A stretch of 64,000 nucleotides of DNA from Ignavibacteria bacterium (GCA_035443185.1 DAORRV010000001.1:42191-106190); one strand, 5' to 3'; counted from the first letter of the stretch, positions 6,862-17,456 are shown. Notes: generated from the sequence alone by a model not told the origin. Numbers and translations: made by a program.

Positions 6862-9240
6862 TTAGTTCTCATGTTCGGCATGAACTTTTTCGTGTCCGTT
6901 TTTACTGTGAACTGAGTTGTGTCCGTTACTGTGACCATTTTGATTTCCTTCCGGTGATTTTACTTTCGGACCTTTAAATCTTCTGTAACGGCTCAATAAT
7001 GATGCGAAGAAACCTAATGCCATAATTATCGTTCCGCCCCAGACAAGGTTTATAAACGGCTTTATACTTGCTGTTAATATCAATGTTTCTGAACTATGAG
7101 TTGAATGCTGATGATCTTCTGCAACTGCTATTTCAATCCCCGATTCACCCGCTATTGAAATTTTTGTAAGGTAAAATGTGAATTTATCATTGGATTCTAT
7201 CTTAGCAGGAATATTCTGTGTCTGACCTTTTGAAAAATATTGTTCTACTATCAATTCTTCAGTCTTTCCGTCCATTGTAATTTCAAGTTTAGCACCAAGT
7301 ATATTTTCTTCGCCTTTTGCCATTGACTCCTGGTTGAATTTTGACTGATCGAACTCTATGAATTTTACATTTACTCCCTTAATTTCTTTTTCACTGCCTT
7401 TGGTTAAATTAACTACATCCTCTGCTGAATACGGCTCCGGAGTTTCAAGCGAAATTGGTTCTAAATATATATCTTTGGTGACAAGGTTTGCAATGTCCGG
7501 ATTCTTCATAATGCCTTCTGAATAATCACTGTAATACATAATTGGTTGTAATAAATATCCTTTACCTTCTTTTTCCACTATTACATTAAAATGATATTTA
7601 TCTTCTGTACCCGGAATAAGACTTGCACCTTTGTAAGTCAGATTATAGCCTAACGCTTCTTTTGATTCACCAAGTGGAAGTGAAACATTTTCTTCCTGCG
7701 AATATTTTGATGAACCGATAATTCCCAAAAACAAAATCATTATCCCAAGATGTGCAATATATGGACCTGCCTTTACGGTACTCTTGGTAAGTATCTTAAA
7801 TATTATATTCAGATTAATAAAGAATGCAAACAATGCTGAAGCAGCAAAGACTGCTATTAAAATATCATCAATTCCAAGTATTACAAGTCCTGTTGTGAAA
7901 ATTACAGTTAAAATTACCGGCATATAAAGCGATTTCAAAAATCTTTTGTGATCAGTATGTTTCCATGCCAGAAGGATACTTATGCCATTTACTAAAGCAA
8001 TTATTATTGCAAGAGGCAAATTCATTTTATTATAAAAAGCAGGATCCACTGTAGCTTTAGTGAATATAGGCCAGCTTGTTCCTACTGAAATTATTAATGC
8101 TGTTGCACATAAAGTGATTGCCCCGATGATTAATGCTGATTCACGGGATAGCATAATACCGGCATTTGTCGAAAGAGATTTTAAACTTTTTAATCTGTAA
8201 AGGATCATTGCGATTCCGCCTCCGCCGAAAAGAGAAAGGAAAACAATTAAAAACAAATATACTTCCTGTCCCGGATCTACAAATGAATGAACTGATGCAT
8301 CTCCAAGAAGTCCGCTTCTTGTCATGAATGTCGAATAAAGCATAAATACAAATCCGAGTATACAAAGTAGTAAACTTGTTTTTTTGTACTTTCCTGTTTT
8401 CTCTTCGCCTACCATTGTGTGAATTGCAGCAACTATAATTATCCATGGAACTAATGAAGAATTCTCAACCGGATCCCAGCCCCAGTAACCTCCCCATCCA
8501 AGAACTCCGTATGCCCAGAATCCGCCAAGCATAATACCAACTCCAAGTATCATTCCTGAAAATAAAGTCCATGGAAGTGCGAGCTTCATCCATCTGTCAT
8601 ATCTGTTCTTAAATAATGCAGCAAGTGCAAATGCAAATGGAATTGCTAGTGAGGAAAATCCTGTGAATAAAATAGGCGGATGAATTGTCATCCAGAAATT
8701 CTGCAGTAAAGGATTCAATCCTCGACCGTCCTGAGGTATAAACCCTGCTTCCACATCTTTTGGAAATGATTCCCATACCAGCATGTAAGGAGATTTTATT
8801 ATCATTATAAATAATAAAAATGTAAGTATTAGAGAATAACTTAACATTACAAGTGGTTCAAAATCATCCTTATGTGAGTGTTCAGCTTTTGCATTTTCTG
8901 AATCTCTTTTTATCAGATAACTGTGAAGGAAAATCCCAATTACTGCAGTTAAAAATGCCCACAGATGAAAACTTCCCTCCTGACCTGCATAAAATGTAGA
9001 GATCAGAAGATTTATTGGAAGATCTTTCGAACTATAATTCCATACATAAGTGTATTGAAACTGGTGTGTAATAATGAGATAAATTAAAAAAGCGGCAGAT
9101 GCTACTGTCATTACTACTGCCAGGTGGAAAAATATTCTTGCAGGCTTTAAGAGCTTTTCATTGCCTCTGCTGACAAAAAAATATGCTGCAGTTGCAACTA
9201 ATCCTGAAATAAATCCTGCTGTTATAAAAAAATGACCCAT
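6862..9240 (-). CDS. ccmF: Cytochrome c-type biogenesis haem lyase CcmF (System I), with a His-rich C-terminal tail
   Basis: Polytopic membrane protein with the WWD haem-handling motif 'GWGGYWGWDPVENSSLVPW'. It has a large C-terminal periplasmic domain and lies immediately downstream of ccmE. The tail reads 'GHSNGHNSVHSKNGHEKVHAEHEN'. Confidence 0.85.
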   Translation of the reverse strand: MGHFFITAGFISGLVATAAYFFVSRGNEKLLKPARIFFHLAVVMTVASAAFLIYLIITHQFQYTYVWNYSSKDLPINLLISTFYAGQEGSFHLWAFLTAVIGIFLHSYLIKRDSENAKAEHSHKDDFEPLVMLSYSLILTFLLFIMIIKSPYMLVWESFPKDVEAGFIPQDGRGLNPLLQNFWMTIHPPILFTGFSSLAIPFAFALAALFKNRYDRWMKLALPWTLFSGMILGVGIMLGGFWAYGVLGWGGYWGWDPVENSSLVPWIIIVAAIHTMVGEEKTGKYKKTSLLLCILGFVFMLYSTFMTRSGLLGDASVHSFVDPGQEVYLFLIVFLSLFGGGGIAMILYRLKSLKSLSTNAGIMLSRESALIIGAITLCATALIISVGTSWPIFTKATVDPAFYNKMNLPLAIIIALVNGISILLAWKHTDHKRFLKSLYMPVILTVIFTTGLVILGIDDILIAVFAASALFAFFINLNIIFKILTKSTVKAGPYIAHLGIMILFLGIIGSSKYSQEENVSLPLGESKEALGYNLTYKGASLIPGTEDKYHFNVIVEKEGKGYLLQPIMYYSDYSEGIMKNPDIANLVTKDIYLEPISLETPEPYSAEDVVNLTKGSEKEIKGVNVKFIEFDQSKFNQESMAKGEENILGAKLEITMDGKTEELIVEQYFSKGQTQNIPAKIESNDKFTFYLTKISIAGESGIEIAVAEDHQHSTHSSETLILTASIKPFINLVWGGTIIMALGFFASLLSRYRRFKGPKVKSPEGNQNGHSNGHNSVHSKNGHEKVHAEHEN

Positions 9241-9258
9241 GATGAACTTAAATTAAAT

Positions 9259-9651
9259 TTATGTACCTGTTTTTTTTACTTCATGACCTTCGCCTTCATA
9301 CTTGGAAGGACATTTAGTTAATACTTCTTTTGCATAAAAATTGCCATCCTTAACTTTACCTTTTGCTACTACAGATTCAGCCATTTCAAAATTATTTGGT
9401 CTTGATCCATCCAGTACCACTTTCATTTCTTTATTGCTTTCATCTAACATATAAAATGTGAACTGATTAGTTGCTGCATCATATTTTGCTTCCTTATCCT
9501 TTTGCCAGTAACCTTTTACCTGGCAGGTCCTGTGACTTCCGGATGCCTGATCGAAATTCGTGTACTCTATATTACTTTCTGTAAATGTCAGAAAGCCTAC
9601 TACTAAAAATACTGCTATTAATAAAACTCCGATTATTGTTTTTTTATTCAT
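9259..9651 (-). CDS. ccmE: Haem chaperone CcmE, Cys-variant (CxxxY in place of HxxxY)
   Basis: Single N-terminal TM anchor, OB-fold-sized periplasmic domain. 'AKEVLTKCPSKYE' aligns with the canonical E. coli 'AKEVLAKHDENYT', with Cys replacing the haem-binding His. Confidence 0.8.
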   Translation of the reverse strand: MNKKTIIGVLLIAVFLVVGFLTFTESNIEYTNFDQASGSHRTCQVKGYWQKDKEAKYDAATNQFTFYMLDESNKEMKVVLDGSRPNNFEMAESVVAKGKVKDGNFYAKEVLTKCPSKYEGEGHEVKKTGT

Positions 9652-9688
9652 GATAATTTATTTAAAATCTTTTTAAAAAAATTAAATT

Positions 9689-10180
9689 TTAATTCGGTAT
9701 TGGTTTACCCATCGACTGATAAATTTCCTCAATCTGCTGTTTGTTTACCATTGCTTCCTGATTACCTGGATCCAGTTCAAGTACTCTTCTGTATCTTTGT
9801 AAAGCCGGCTTATATTTATCTTTTGGAGGAAGATCTGCGTCAAACATTAAATAATTAGCAGCTTTCAACTGCATATTTACACATGTCTCTTTATCTTTAT
9901 CTGATTTTGTTTTCACATAAGCAGCATCTGCTGCATCTGCTTCTTTGATCAGTTTATTCGCACCTTCATCATTCCAGCTTTCCTCGCCTCCTGTATTTCC
10001 AGATTCACTATTGTTCTTTAAATTTCTGTGAATTGAATCATCCGGCATTTCCTGCTTTTGTGTTGTATTAGAACTGCTATTATTGTTCTTTAAAAGTTCT
10101 GGCGGTACTTCTTTTGTACAAGATGAAAGTACTACAAACATCATTGCGCAAACTGTAAATATTAAATAGTTTTTGATCAT
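9689..10180 (-). CDS. Lipoprotein with a TPR-like C-terminal region
   Basis: Signal peptide with lipobox 'LSSC'. C-terminal 'ALQRYRRVLELDPGNQEAMVNKQQIEEIY' is TPR-like. Function unknown. Confidence 0.5.
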   Translation of the reverse strand: MIKNYLIFTVCAMMFVVLSSCTKEVPPELLKNNNSSSNTTQKQEMPDDSIHRNLKNNSESGNTGGEESWNDEGANKLIKEADAADAAYVKTKSDKDKETCVNMQLKAANYLMFDADLPPKDKYKPALQRYRRVLELDPGNQEAMVNKQQIEEIYQSMGKPIPN

Positions 10181-10350
10181 TATTAAATTAATTTGTATTT
10201 ATTTCAAACTCAATTTTTGTACCATGGAAATTACATTTATTGTAAGAAAAACACTGTAAACAACTTAATTTTCATTATAAAATTTCACTCCATTCGAAAC
10301 TGTCCATTATATCCACATTAATCACTTTTCTTTATCCACATGGGGATTTA

Positions 10351-11061
10351 CTATTTCTGCATCTCTGCTTCCAGACTTATCTTATCTTTTGTAAAAATAT
10401 CCGACATTTGATAATGCCATTTCAACTTTCTGCCATCCTGCTCAGTTGCATTTGTAGAGATTACATCATAAGGCATTTCGACTTCAAAATCAAAATCTCC
10501 CCCTTCAAACATCATAGCCATACTTAATTTCATCTTTTGTGCTAATGAATCATTATCACCAAGTTCTTCCGAGAGATCATCACCTTTCATTTCATATAAA
10601 TAAAGAAATGTTACTTTTCCGTTATCTTCTTTAAATATTACATCTGTCTTATATTTATCATCATTCTCATTAATATAATTTAAAGACGATCCGATCTTTT
10701 TAATATCATCGAATTCATAATCAATTGTAAATGTTTTTGATGAGTCAGAATTCATTACTGTATTTAGATCAATGACTTTTATGCCCTGTATTGAATCATA
10801 CTTTTCAATTGTCTTATTTTCAAAAACTTCATCACTGTATAACGAATCTAGAAAACCCTGTCTTCGGGTTGAATCCATCAGCGATGTCATTGAAGCCATT
10901 ACGTCGTAAAATTCTTTTTTAAAAGTAAGATTCAGGATCTCAGATCCGGTGCCGTCAGAATTTACTTTAATGTTCCTGCTGATTGAGATACAAGATGAAA
11001 ACACAGTTGAAAACAAAATCAAAGTGATCAATGTAAACAGTAAGTTACTTTTTCCCATCAA
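10351..11061 (-). CDS. Hypothetical lipoprotein
   Basis: Signal peptide with lipobox 'FSSC'. No recognisable catalytic motif. Confidence 0.5.
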   Translation of the reverse strand: MMGKSNLLFTLITLILFSTVFSSCISISRNIKVNSDGTGSEILNLTFKKEFYDVMASMTSLMDSTRRQGFLDSLYSDEVFENKTIEKYDSIQGIKVIDLNTVMNSDSSKTFTIDYEFDDIKKIGSSLNYINENDDKYKTDVIFKEDNGKVTFLYLYEMKGDDLSEELGDNDSLAQKMKLSMAMMFEGGDFDFEVEMPYDVISTNATEQDGRKLKWHYQMSDIFTKDKISLEAEMQK

Positions 11062-11242
11062 TTATTAATTTTAAATTAGTAGTAAATTTAACTAATTTAA
11101 TTGCAAAATAAGAGATACTTTTTTGTAAAGATATGACTTTGGTCAGTATATTAGAATGAATTTGAAATTCACTGACTTTAATTTTACCAAATAAACTTTT
11201 TAATCTAAATAGTGTTTAGTTTCCTTTCTTTCTCCCGATAAT

Positions 11243-13021
11243 ATGAAAAAATTGAAAATTATTATTCCTGTATTTGTGATTGTGTCTATTGCTGTAATAT
11301 TCTGGACGATTGCAGGGCTTGCATTTATTTATTCGACTGTAGACAGAGATAAGATGTTTAAATATTATCAGATCATTTCGGCAAAATATTATGAGAATTT
11401 TGAAGAAGATTCATTGAATGAAGTTAATTCCGCTGTTATTAATTATCAGGATCTATATGATGTCAAAGCCTATTCACTTAAATTATCATTTGATATTCCC
11501 GATAAAAAAATTTTCGGAATTATGAATATGAGATCTCTCTGTTTGTCAGATACTCTGAATTTTATTTATATAGACCTTAGTGATGATCTTAAAATAAATT
11601 CAATTAAAATAAATGGTGATGAACTTTCAAAAAGCTCATACAAAAGGAATGATAATTTAATTGTTGCTGACAGCAGGGGATTGATTGATAAAGATGAAGA
11701 ATTCAGTGTCGAAATTAATTATGAAGGTAAACCAATAAACAAAGGCTTCGATTCTTTCAATATTAAAAATTTTGACAATGAACCTTCTATTTATACTTTA
11801 AGCGAACCTAATCACGCAAAGACCTGGTGGCCCTGTAAAGATGTATTAACTGATAAAGCTGATGTCGAAGTTATTATTACCGTCCCGAAAAAACTCACAG
11901 CAGTTTCAAACGGAAAGCTTGAGAATATTTTGACAGATGAAGCAGGAATGAAAACTTTTCACTGGAGATCGGCTTATCCTACAGCTACTTATCTGGTTTC
12001 ACTTGCGATCGGATATTATGACAGTTGGAATGATACTTATACTTCTGTTGACGGAAACATAAAAATGCCTGTCGAATATTATACATATCCATACTTAACA
12101 GAAAAAGCAAAGATCGACTGGAAAGAAACTCCTGAAATGTTAAGTTTCTTTTCTGAAAAATTCGGTGAGTATCCATTCATAAATGAAAAATACGGGATGG
12201 CTACATTCGGCTGGGTCGGAGGTGCGATGGAGCATCAGACTATTTCAAGTATGGGATATACACTCGTTACCGGAAACGGGAAATATGAAGATGTTGTAGT
12301 TCATGAACTTGTCCATCAATGGTATGGAGATGCTGTGACGCCGAAATCATGGAAGGACATCTGGCTGAATGAAGGTTTCGCCTCTTATGGAGAAGCTCTT
12401 TGGGTCGAACATAAAAATGGATTTGATGCATATAAAAATTTTATGAGAAAAAATGATTATTCGTTTTTTATGGGCACTCTTTATGATCCTGAGGGTTACA
12501 TCTTCGGTCCTACAATATATAAAAAAGGAAGCTGGGTTCTACATATGCTTAGAGGTGTTACGGGAGATTCACTCTTCTTTGAAATTCTCAAAACTTATTA
12601 TGAAAAATTCAAATATCAGAATGCTGATACTTATGATTTTCAAAAAGTATGTGAGGACATTACGGGAAATGACTTGAAATATTTTTTCAATCAATGGATA
12701 TTTACCGGCACAGGGCGACCCGAATATAATTACTCATGGAATTTCGATCAGATAAATAAATCACAGGAAAACTCAAAAGAAAATTCAGAAACTTCATACA
12801 AAGTATCAATTAATTTAAATCAAACACAGGAAGATTTGGAAGTATATTCCATGCCAATAAAGATATTGTTTAAAACAAACTCAGGAGATGAAGAGATCAT
12901 AGTTTTTAATGATAAAAGAAATCAGCAGATCGATCATACTTTAAAAGGTAAACCTATAGATGTTATTATAGATAATGATAACTGGGTTTTGAAAAAAATT
13001 AAAAAGGACGGTAACAATTAA
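11243..13021 (+). CDS. M1 family aminopeptidase (aminopeptidase N-like), membrane-anchored
   Basis: 'GAMEHQT' exopeptidase motif, 'HELVHQWYGD' (HExxH) and 'WLNEGFASY' (third zinc ligand Glu). N-terminal TM helix. Confidence 0.85.
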   Translation: MKKLKIIIPVFVIVSIAVIFWTIAGLAFIYSTVDRDKMFKYYQIISAKYYENFEEDSLNEVNSAVINYQDLYDVKAYSLKLSFDIPDKKIFGIMNMRSLCLSDTLNFIYIDLSDDLKINSIKINGDELSKSSYKRNDNLIVADSRGLIDKDEEFSVEINYEGKPINKGFDSFNIKNFDNEPSIYTLSEPNHAKTWWPCKDVLTDKADVEVIITVPKKLTAVSNGKLENILTDEAGMKTFHWRSAYPTATYLVSLAIGYYDSWNDTYTSVDGNIKMPVEYYTYPYLTEKAKIDWKETPEMLSFFSEKFGEYPFINEKYGMATFGWVGGAMEHQTISSMGYTLVTGNGKYEDVVVHELVHQWYGDAVTPKSWKDIWLNEGFASYGEALWVEHKNGFDAYKNFMRKNDYSFFMGTLYDPEGYIFGPTIYKKGSWVLHMLRGVTGDSLFFEILKTYYEKFKYQNADTYDFQKVCEDITGNDLKYFFNQWIFTGTGRPEYNYSWNFDQINKSQENSKENSETSYKVSINLNQTQEDLEVYSMPIKILFKTNSGDEEIIVFNDKRNQQIDHTLKGKPIDVIIDNDNWVLKKIKKDGNN

Positions 13022-13064
13022 TTACAGCATTCTTAAATTCAAAAAAAGGTCATCTATCAATTAT

Positions 13065-16000
13065 ATGAATTCCGTAAAAATATTAACAACACTTTTTGTA
13101 TTAGCTATTCTTTTCTGCAGCCATACAGTATTTTCACAAACAACTGTAATTATTAAATTCAAAGAAAACACACCTGCTTCAGTAATTTCAAACTTTAAAA
13201 ATAACAGACCCGAATCAGGCAATTCTACTGTGTCGAAACTTAGCAGGGACTTTGGTTTGAAAAAGTCAAAACCTGTTTTCAATGAAAGGGTTTTGCAAAA
13301 TTTTGATAACAGGAATTTGTCGGATGCTATATCAAAAACAGGTCTCAACAGAATTTTTATTTCTGAAACTAATAATGAAAATCTTGATCTGCTACTGACT
13401 GCTGCTGGTAAAAATGAATTCATAGAATATATTCAGTTCAATAATGTTCTGAAAGTTGATGATATCCAAGGTCCTCCTGTTACACCAAATGATCCATATT
13501 ACTCTGATCAAAATTACCTCAATATGATTGGAATGAATAATGCATGGGATATTACTTTGGGAGATTCTAATATAGTCATTGGCGTAATTGATACCGGTCT
13601 GGATTTTCTGCATCCGGATCTTCAGAACAGTTTTAAAATTAATTACGGTGAATACGGCAATGGCAAAGAATCAAACGGAATAGATGATGATAATAACGGA
13701 TTCATTGATGACTGGAGAGGATGGGATTTTACAGACGAACCGTTGACAGGCGATCCGAGAAGAGGTGATTATCTTGACCCTGATAATGATCCGACTGATG
13801 ATAACAGTGTCTCACATGGTACTGCAGTAACAGGAATTATCAATGCAGGATTCAACAACATTACAGGTATTTCCTCTGTAGCACCCGGCTGTAAAGTAAT
13901 GGTGCTTAGAGCTTTTGATGCTGAAGGTTACGGAGAAGAAGACGATGTTGCAAATGCAATTTTATACGGAGTTGCCAATGGTGTAAAAGTTTTCAATTTC
14001 AGTTTTGGAGATTATGTATTCAGTAATCTTTTAAAAGATGTAATTAGATTTGCATATTTACAGAATGTTCTGATTATTTGCTCAGCAGGAAATGACGGTA
14101 CAGACAGACTTCATTACCCTTCAGCTTATGATGAAGTGGTTTCTGTCGGAGCTTCAGACAATTCAAATAATAAAGCAAGTTTTTCTTCTTACGGTGAGAC
14201 AGTTGATATATTTGCACCGGGTTTTCAGAATTTAACTACAGTCCGTGTCGGCAAAGGCAGTTCGCAATACGGCGGTGATTATAATAAATTAAACGGCACT
14301 TCATTTGCAGCGCCGATCGTTGCAGGGATTTCCGGAATGCTTCTTTCAAAAAATCCTTCTCTTACTAATGAAGAGATAAGGGGTATTCTTGTTTCTACTA
14401 CGGCTATGCTGCAAGGACAAAATTCATGGGATCATGTCAGATCTTCGGGAAGGGTCGATGCGTTGAATGCTCTTCAGAATTTTAATAATCCGACCATTTC
14501 AAGAATCCACACGCCGTCTCAGGATTATACTTTTGAGAATGATACTGTTACAGTCAGTGTCTCTGCTGCATCAAATTTATTTTTATCATACTCACTATAT
14601 TATGCAAAAGGACAGAGACCTTCGGAATGGATTCCGCTACTTTCAAATCAGACTTCTCAGGTTCTCGGAGATACAGTCTTAAAGTGGAATACAGCCGGAC
14701 TTCAGGATACGTCATATACTTTGCGACTTGCTATAAATAGTAATTCAGGCAGGACTATTGAACACCGCATGATAATTTTTAAGGATAAGAATCCACCAAT
14801 GTTTACCGATATTCAGTTTGGAAATCTGATTGATAAGAATAATTTTTCTCAATTGATTTTATTTGCTACAAATAAACGTACGCTCGGCAAAATTTATTAT
14901 AAACGAAAAGGTTCAAGTGAACCGTATATTTCAGTTCTTGCAGACATCGGCACTCCGAATATAGGCTTTGTAACCAATGCACATTTCGGACTCCTAAACG
15001 GAAATAACCTTGCTCCGAATACGGAATATGAATTTTATGTTGAAGCCATTTCTCTAAACGGCAAGTCTGCAACATTTAGTGATACGGCATTTTATTTTTA
15101 TACACAGCCGTCTATAAATAATTACGGATTTAATAACAAAAATTATAAACTTGGAAATTCACAGTTTGCAAGGACGGTAACTGACATAAATGGAAACGGT
15201 CTTAATGATCTTCTTGTAAATGATATTAATAATAATCTTAAGCTGAATGTATATGAATTCAGTAATGGTAATTTTCAGAAGATCTCGAATGACAACTGGG
15301 GAGATTTTAAGATCGCGAGAGATATTGCAGATGTTGACGGAGACGGTAAACTTGAGATACTTGCTTCGAGCGACAGAAACGGATTTCTCTATGAAGCTCC
15401 AAATCAGAATGCCATACCTACTGACCTTGTCTGGAGTGATCAGGGAAACGGAAACTTCTGGTCGTCAATGATCGCTGATACTGACAGTGACGGTAAAAAT
15501 GAATTACTTGGATTTGGTAACAGCGGACTCAGAATTCTTGAATCAACATCCGGTAATAATTTTAATCAGACTGCAAATCTTAACTTCTATGGTACAGATT
15601 CTATCACAAACTCCCAGGTTGTACTTGTTGAAGATTTTGATAATGATGGGAAAAAAGATATAATGTTTTCAAATATATTTTACAGCCCTTCAAATCCAGG
15701 TATCCCAATCACATGCGTTTCAGTTTATGAAAATGTTTCCGACAATAATTACCAAAGAGTTTTTATTGACAGTATATACAGATTTATAAAAGGTGAAAAT
15801 ATTGTTTCAGGTGATTTTAACGGTGACGGTAAAAAAGATTTTGCGCTCGGTGTGACCAGTCAGAATTCTGACTTTATACAATATTACAGTCTATACTCAT
15901 ATACTTCTGCGGGGGATAATCAGTATGAACTCCTGGACATTACGGATATTTATAATTATAAAGATTATACAAAAACATCTACTTTATCTGCTGATATAGA

Positions 16001-17393
16001 CAATGACAACAGAGATGAAGTGATTGTAAATGTCGGGACTTTATTTTACATTTTGAAATTCAACACGACACTTCAAAGATTTATGCCTGATTATTACAGA
16101 GAAGGAATGAATTCATTTAATCAGATAGCATTTGATTTCGATGGTGACGGTGTAAAAGAGATCGGTGCAAATACTGTTGATGACTCCCTTATTTTCTTTG
16201 AAAAAGATATTGCTTTTACAGGACCGGCGACACCTCTGAATCTCAAAGGTCATAGTATTGATTCCAACTCAGTGGAGCTTACATTTGAACCTGTCTCCGG
16301 TGCTGAAAGATATAAGGTTTACAAAAGTGATTCGACAATGAATTTTTCTTTGTATGATTCTGTGGTTACTAATTTATTTATCGATCTGATTATTTTAAAC
16401 AGGAAAAATTATTATTATAAAATATCTTCAGTAGATGAGCAAAATTCTGTTAAAGAAAGTATGTTAACGGATCCTGTGAAAGTATATGTTCATAATAAAT
16501 CACAACTGCTTTCAGCGGAATATCAAAACGGCGGTTTTCTTGTACTAAAATATTCAGAAAGAATTCCAACGCTGATTCCAAATCTGAGTTCATTTGTGAT
16601 TTCGGGAAATTCTGCTGTACCTTTTAATCCAAAGAATATTACAGCAAAAAGTAATTATGAATATTTCCTGACAATGAACAGCATTCCTGAAAATGGAAAC
16701 TATAATGTAAAAGCTTTAGTGCTTACAGATTATTACGGCTCGCCTGTCGATACGAATACGAAAAGCTTTACAGTACTGGAAACAGATTCTATAAAATTTT
16801 ATTTATCCAAACTCGAGTTAATTGGTGAATACAGATTAACTGCTGAATTTAATATGGAAGTCGATTCTGTAAGTGGGAGGAATACATCGAATTATAAATT
16901 TCAGCCTTTGAATATTTCAGTGAGTTCTGTAACAATTGATAATGCAGACAGAAAAAAAGTTTATATTGACTTAGAGAAAAATTCAGTTATAGGTGCAACA
17001 GGAAAAAATTATATCATGAATGTAAAAAATGTATATTCATCTGGAGGTATAAAGATAGTTGACGGAGCGGGAAGCAGTCTGGGTCTTATTTTTAACAAAG
17101 AAAACCTGAATGAAATGTATGTATATCCAAATCCATACAGTGTCAGCACGGGTCAGGATTATATTACGTTTGCCAATATCACAAGAAATGCCAGTATCGA
17201 TATTTATGATCTGAAAGGAAAATTTATTTTAACAATAGCAGAAGCAGACGGCAACGGCGGAGTGGAGTGGGATTTAATGGATAGTGGTGGAAATGCAGTA
17301 CCAACCGGTATTTACATTTATGTTGCATCCGGAAAAAATTCCGACGGTCAGGATGTTGAAGAATTTACAGGTAAGTTTGCAGTAGTAAAGTAA
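13065..17393 (+). CDS. Giant S8 subtilisin-like serine peptidase with FG-GAP/VCBS-type repeats, FN3-like region and T9SS C-terminal sorting domain
   Basis: Catalytic triad motifs 'VIDTGLD', 'SHGTAVTG', 'GTSFAAPIVAG'. Repeated 'D.DGDGK.E/D' FG-GAP-like loops. C-terminus 'VYPNPYS...GIYIYVA...KFAVVK'. Signal peptide present. Confidence 0.9.
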   Translation: MNSVKILTTLFVLAILFCSHTVFSQTTVIIKFKENTPASVISNFKNNRPESGNSTVSKLSRDFGLKKSKPVFNERVLQNFDNRNLSDAISKTGLNRIFISETNNENLDLLLTAAGKNEFIEYIQFNNVLKVDDIQGPPVTPNDPYYSDQNYLNMIGMNNAWDITLGDSNIVIGVIDTGLDFLHPDLQNSFKINYGEYGNGKESNGIDDDNNGFIDDWRGWDFTDEPLTGDPRRGDYLDPDNDPTDDNSVSHGTAVTGIINAGFNNITGISSVAPGCKVMVLRAFDAEGYGEEDDVANAILYGVANGVKVFNFSFGDYVFSNLLKDVIRFAYLQNVLIICSAGNDGTDRLHYPSAYDEVVSVGASDNSNNKASFSSYGETVDIFAPGFQNLTTVRVGKGSSQYGGDYNKLNGTSFAAPIVAGISGMLLSKNPSLTNEEIRGILVSTTAMLQGQNSWDHVRSSGRVDALNALQNFNNPTISRIHTPSQDYTFENDTVTVSVSAASNLFLSYSLYYAKGQRPSEWIPLLSNQTSQVLGDTVLKWNTAGLQDTSYTLRLAINSNSGRTIEHRMIIFKDKNPPMFTDIQFGNLIDKNNFSQLILFATNKRTLGKIYYKRKGSSEPYISVLADIGTPNIGFVTNAHFGLLNGNNLAPNTEYEFYVEAISLNGKSATFSDTAFYFYTQPSINNYGFNNKNYKLGNSQFARTVTDINGNGLNDLLVNDINNNLKLNVYEFSNGNFQKISNDNWGDFKIARDIADVDGDGKLEILASSDRNGFLYEAPNQNAIPTDLVWSDQGNGNFWSSMIADTDSDGKNELLGFGNSGLRILESTSGNNFNQTANLNFYGTDSITNSQVVLVEDFDNDGKKDIMFSNIFYSPSNPGIPITCVSVYENVSDNNYQRVFIDSIYRFIKGENIVSGDFNGDGKKDFALGVTSQNSDFIQYYSLYSYTSAGDNQYELLDITDIYNYKDYTKTSTLSADIDNDNRDEVIVNVGTLFYILKFNTTLQRFMPDYYREGMNSFNQIAFDFDGDGVKEIGANTVDDSLIFFEKDIAFTGPATPLNLKGHSIDSNSVELTFEPVSGAERYKVYKSDSTMNFSLYDSVVTNLFIDLIILNRKNYYYKISSVDEQNSVKESMLTDPVKVYVHNKSQLLSAEYQNGGFLVLKYSERIPTLIPNLSSFVISGNSAVPFNPKNITAKSNYEYFLTMNSIPENGNYNVKALVLTDYYGSPVDTNTKSFTVLETDSIKFYLSKLELIGEYRLTAEFNMEVDSVSGRNTSNYKFQPLNISVSSVTIDNADRKKVYIDLEKNSVIGATGKNYIMNVKNVYSSGGIKIVDGAGSSLGLIFNKENLNEMYVYPNPYSVSTGQDYITFANITRNASIDIYDLKGKFILTIAEADGNGGVEWDLMDSGGNAVPTGIYIYVASGKNSDGQDVEEFTGKFAVVK

Positions 17394-17408
17394 ATTTTTG
17401 TTGAGCAT

Positions 17409-17438
17409 AAAAAAAGGCGGCATGACAGCCGCCTTTTC
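17409..17438. terminator. Bidirectional rho-independent terminator between convergent genes
   Basis: GGCGGC (17416-17421) / GCCGCC (17428-17433) stem with a 6-nt loop, an A-run upstream and a T-run downstream. Confidence 0.7.
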
Positions 17439-17456
17439 TATTAATACTAATTATAA

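Noticed and set aside
10309-10340. Perfect DnaA-box consensus TTATCCACA (10332-10340) plus a one-mismatch copy (10309-10317), considered as a possible oriC
   Set aside because: My rough composition-based estimate is that about one perfect 9-mer is expected by chance in 64 kb on both strands. There are only two boxes, no dnaA/dnaN nearby and no obvious AT-rich unwinding repeats. It is probably chance, or at most a local DnaA-titrating site.
13061-13423. 120-aa minus-strand ORF, and many similar antisense ORFs in the track (for example 49-285, 30073-30447, 35301-35627, 38804-39124, 46962-47378, 50587-50871, 54336-54665, 57970-58272)
   Set aside because: Each lies fully inside, and antisense or out of frame to, a longer ORF with clear family motifs. 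Their translations are low-complexity with no recognisable motifs, so they are shadow ORFs.
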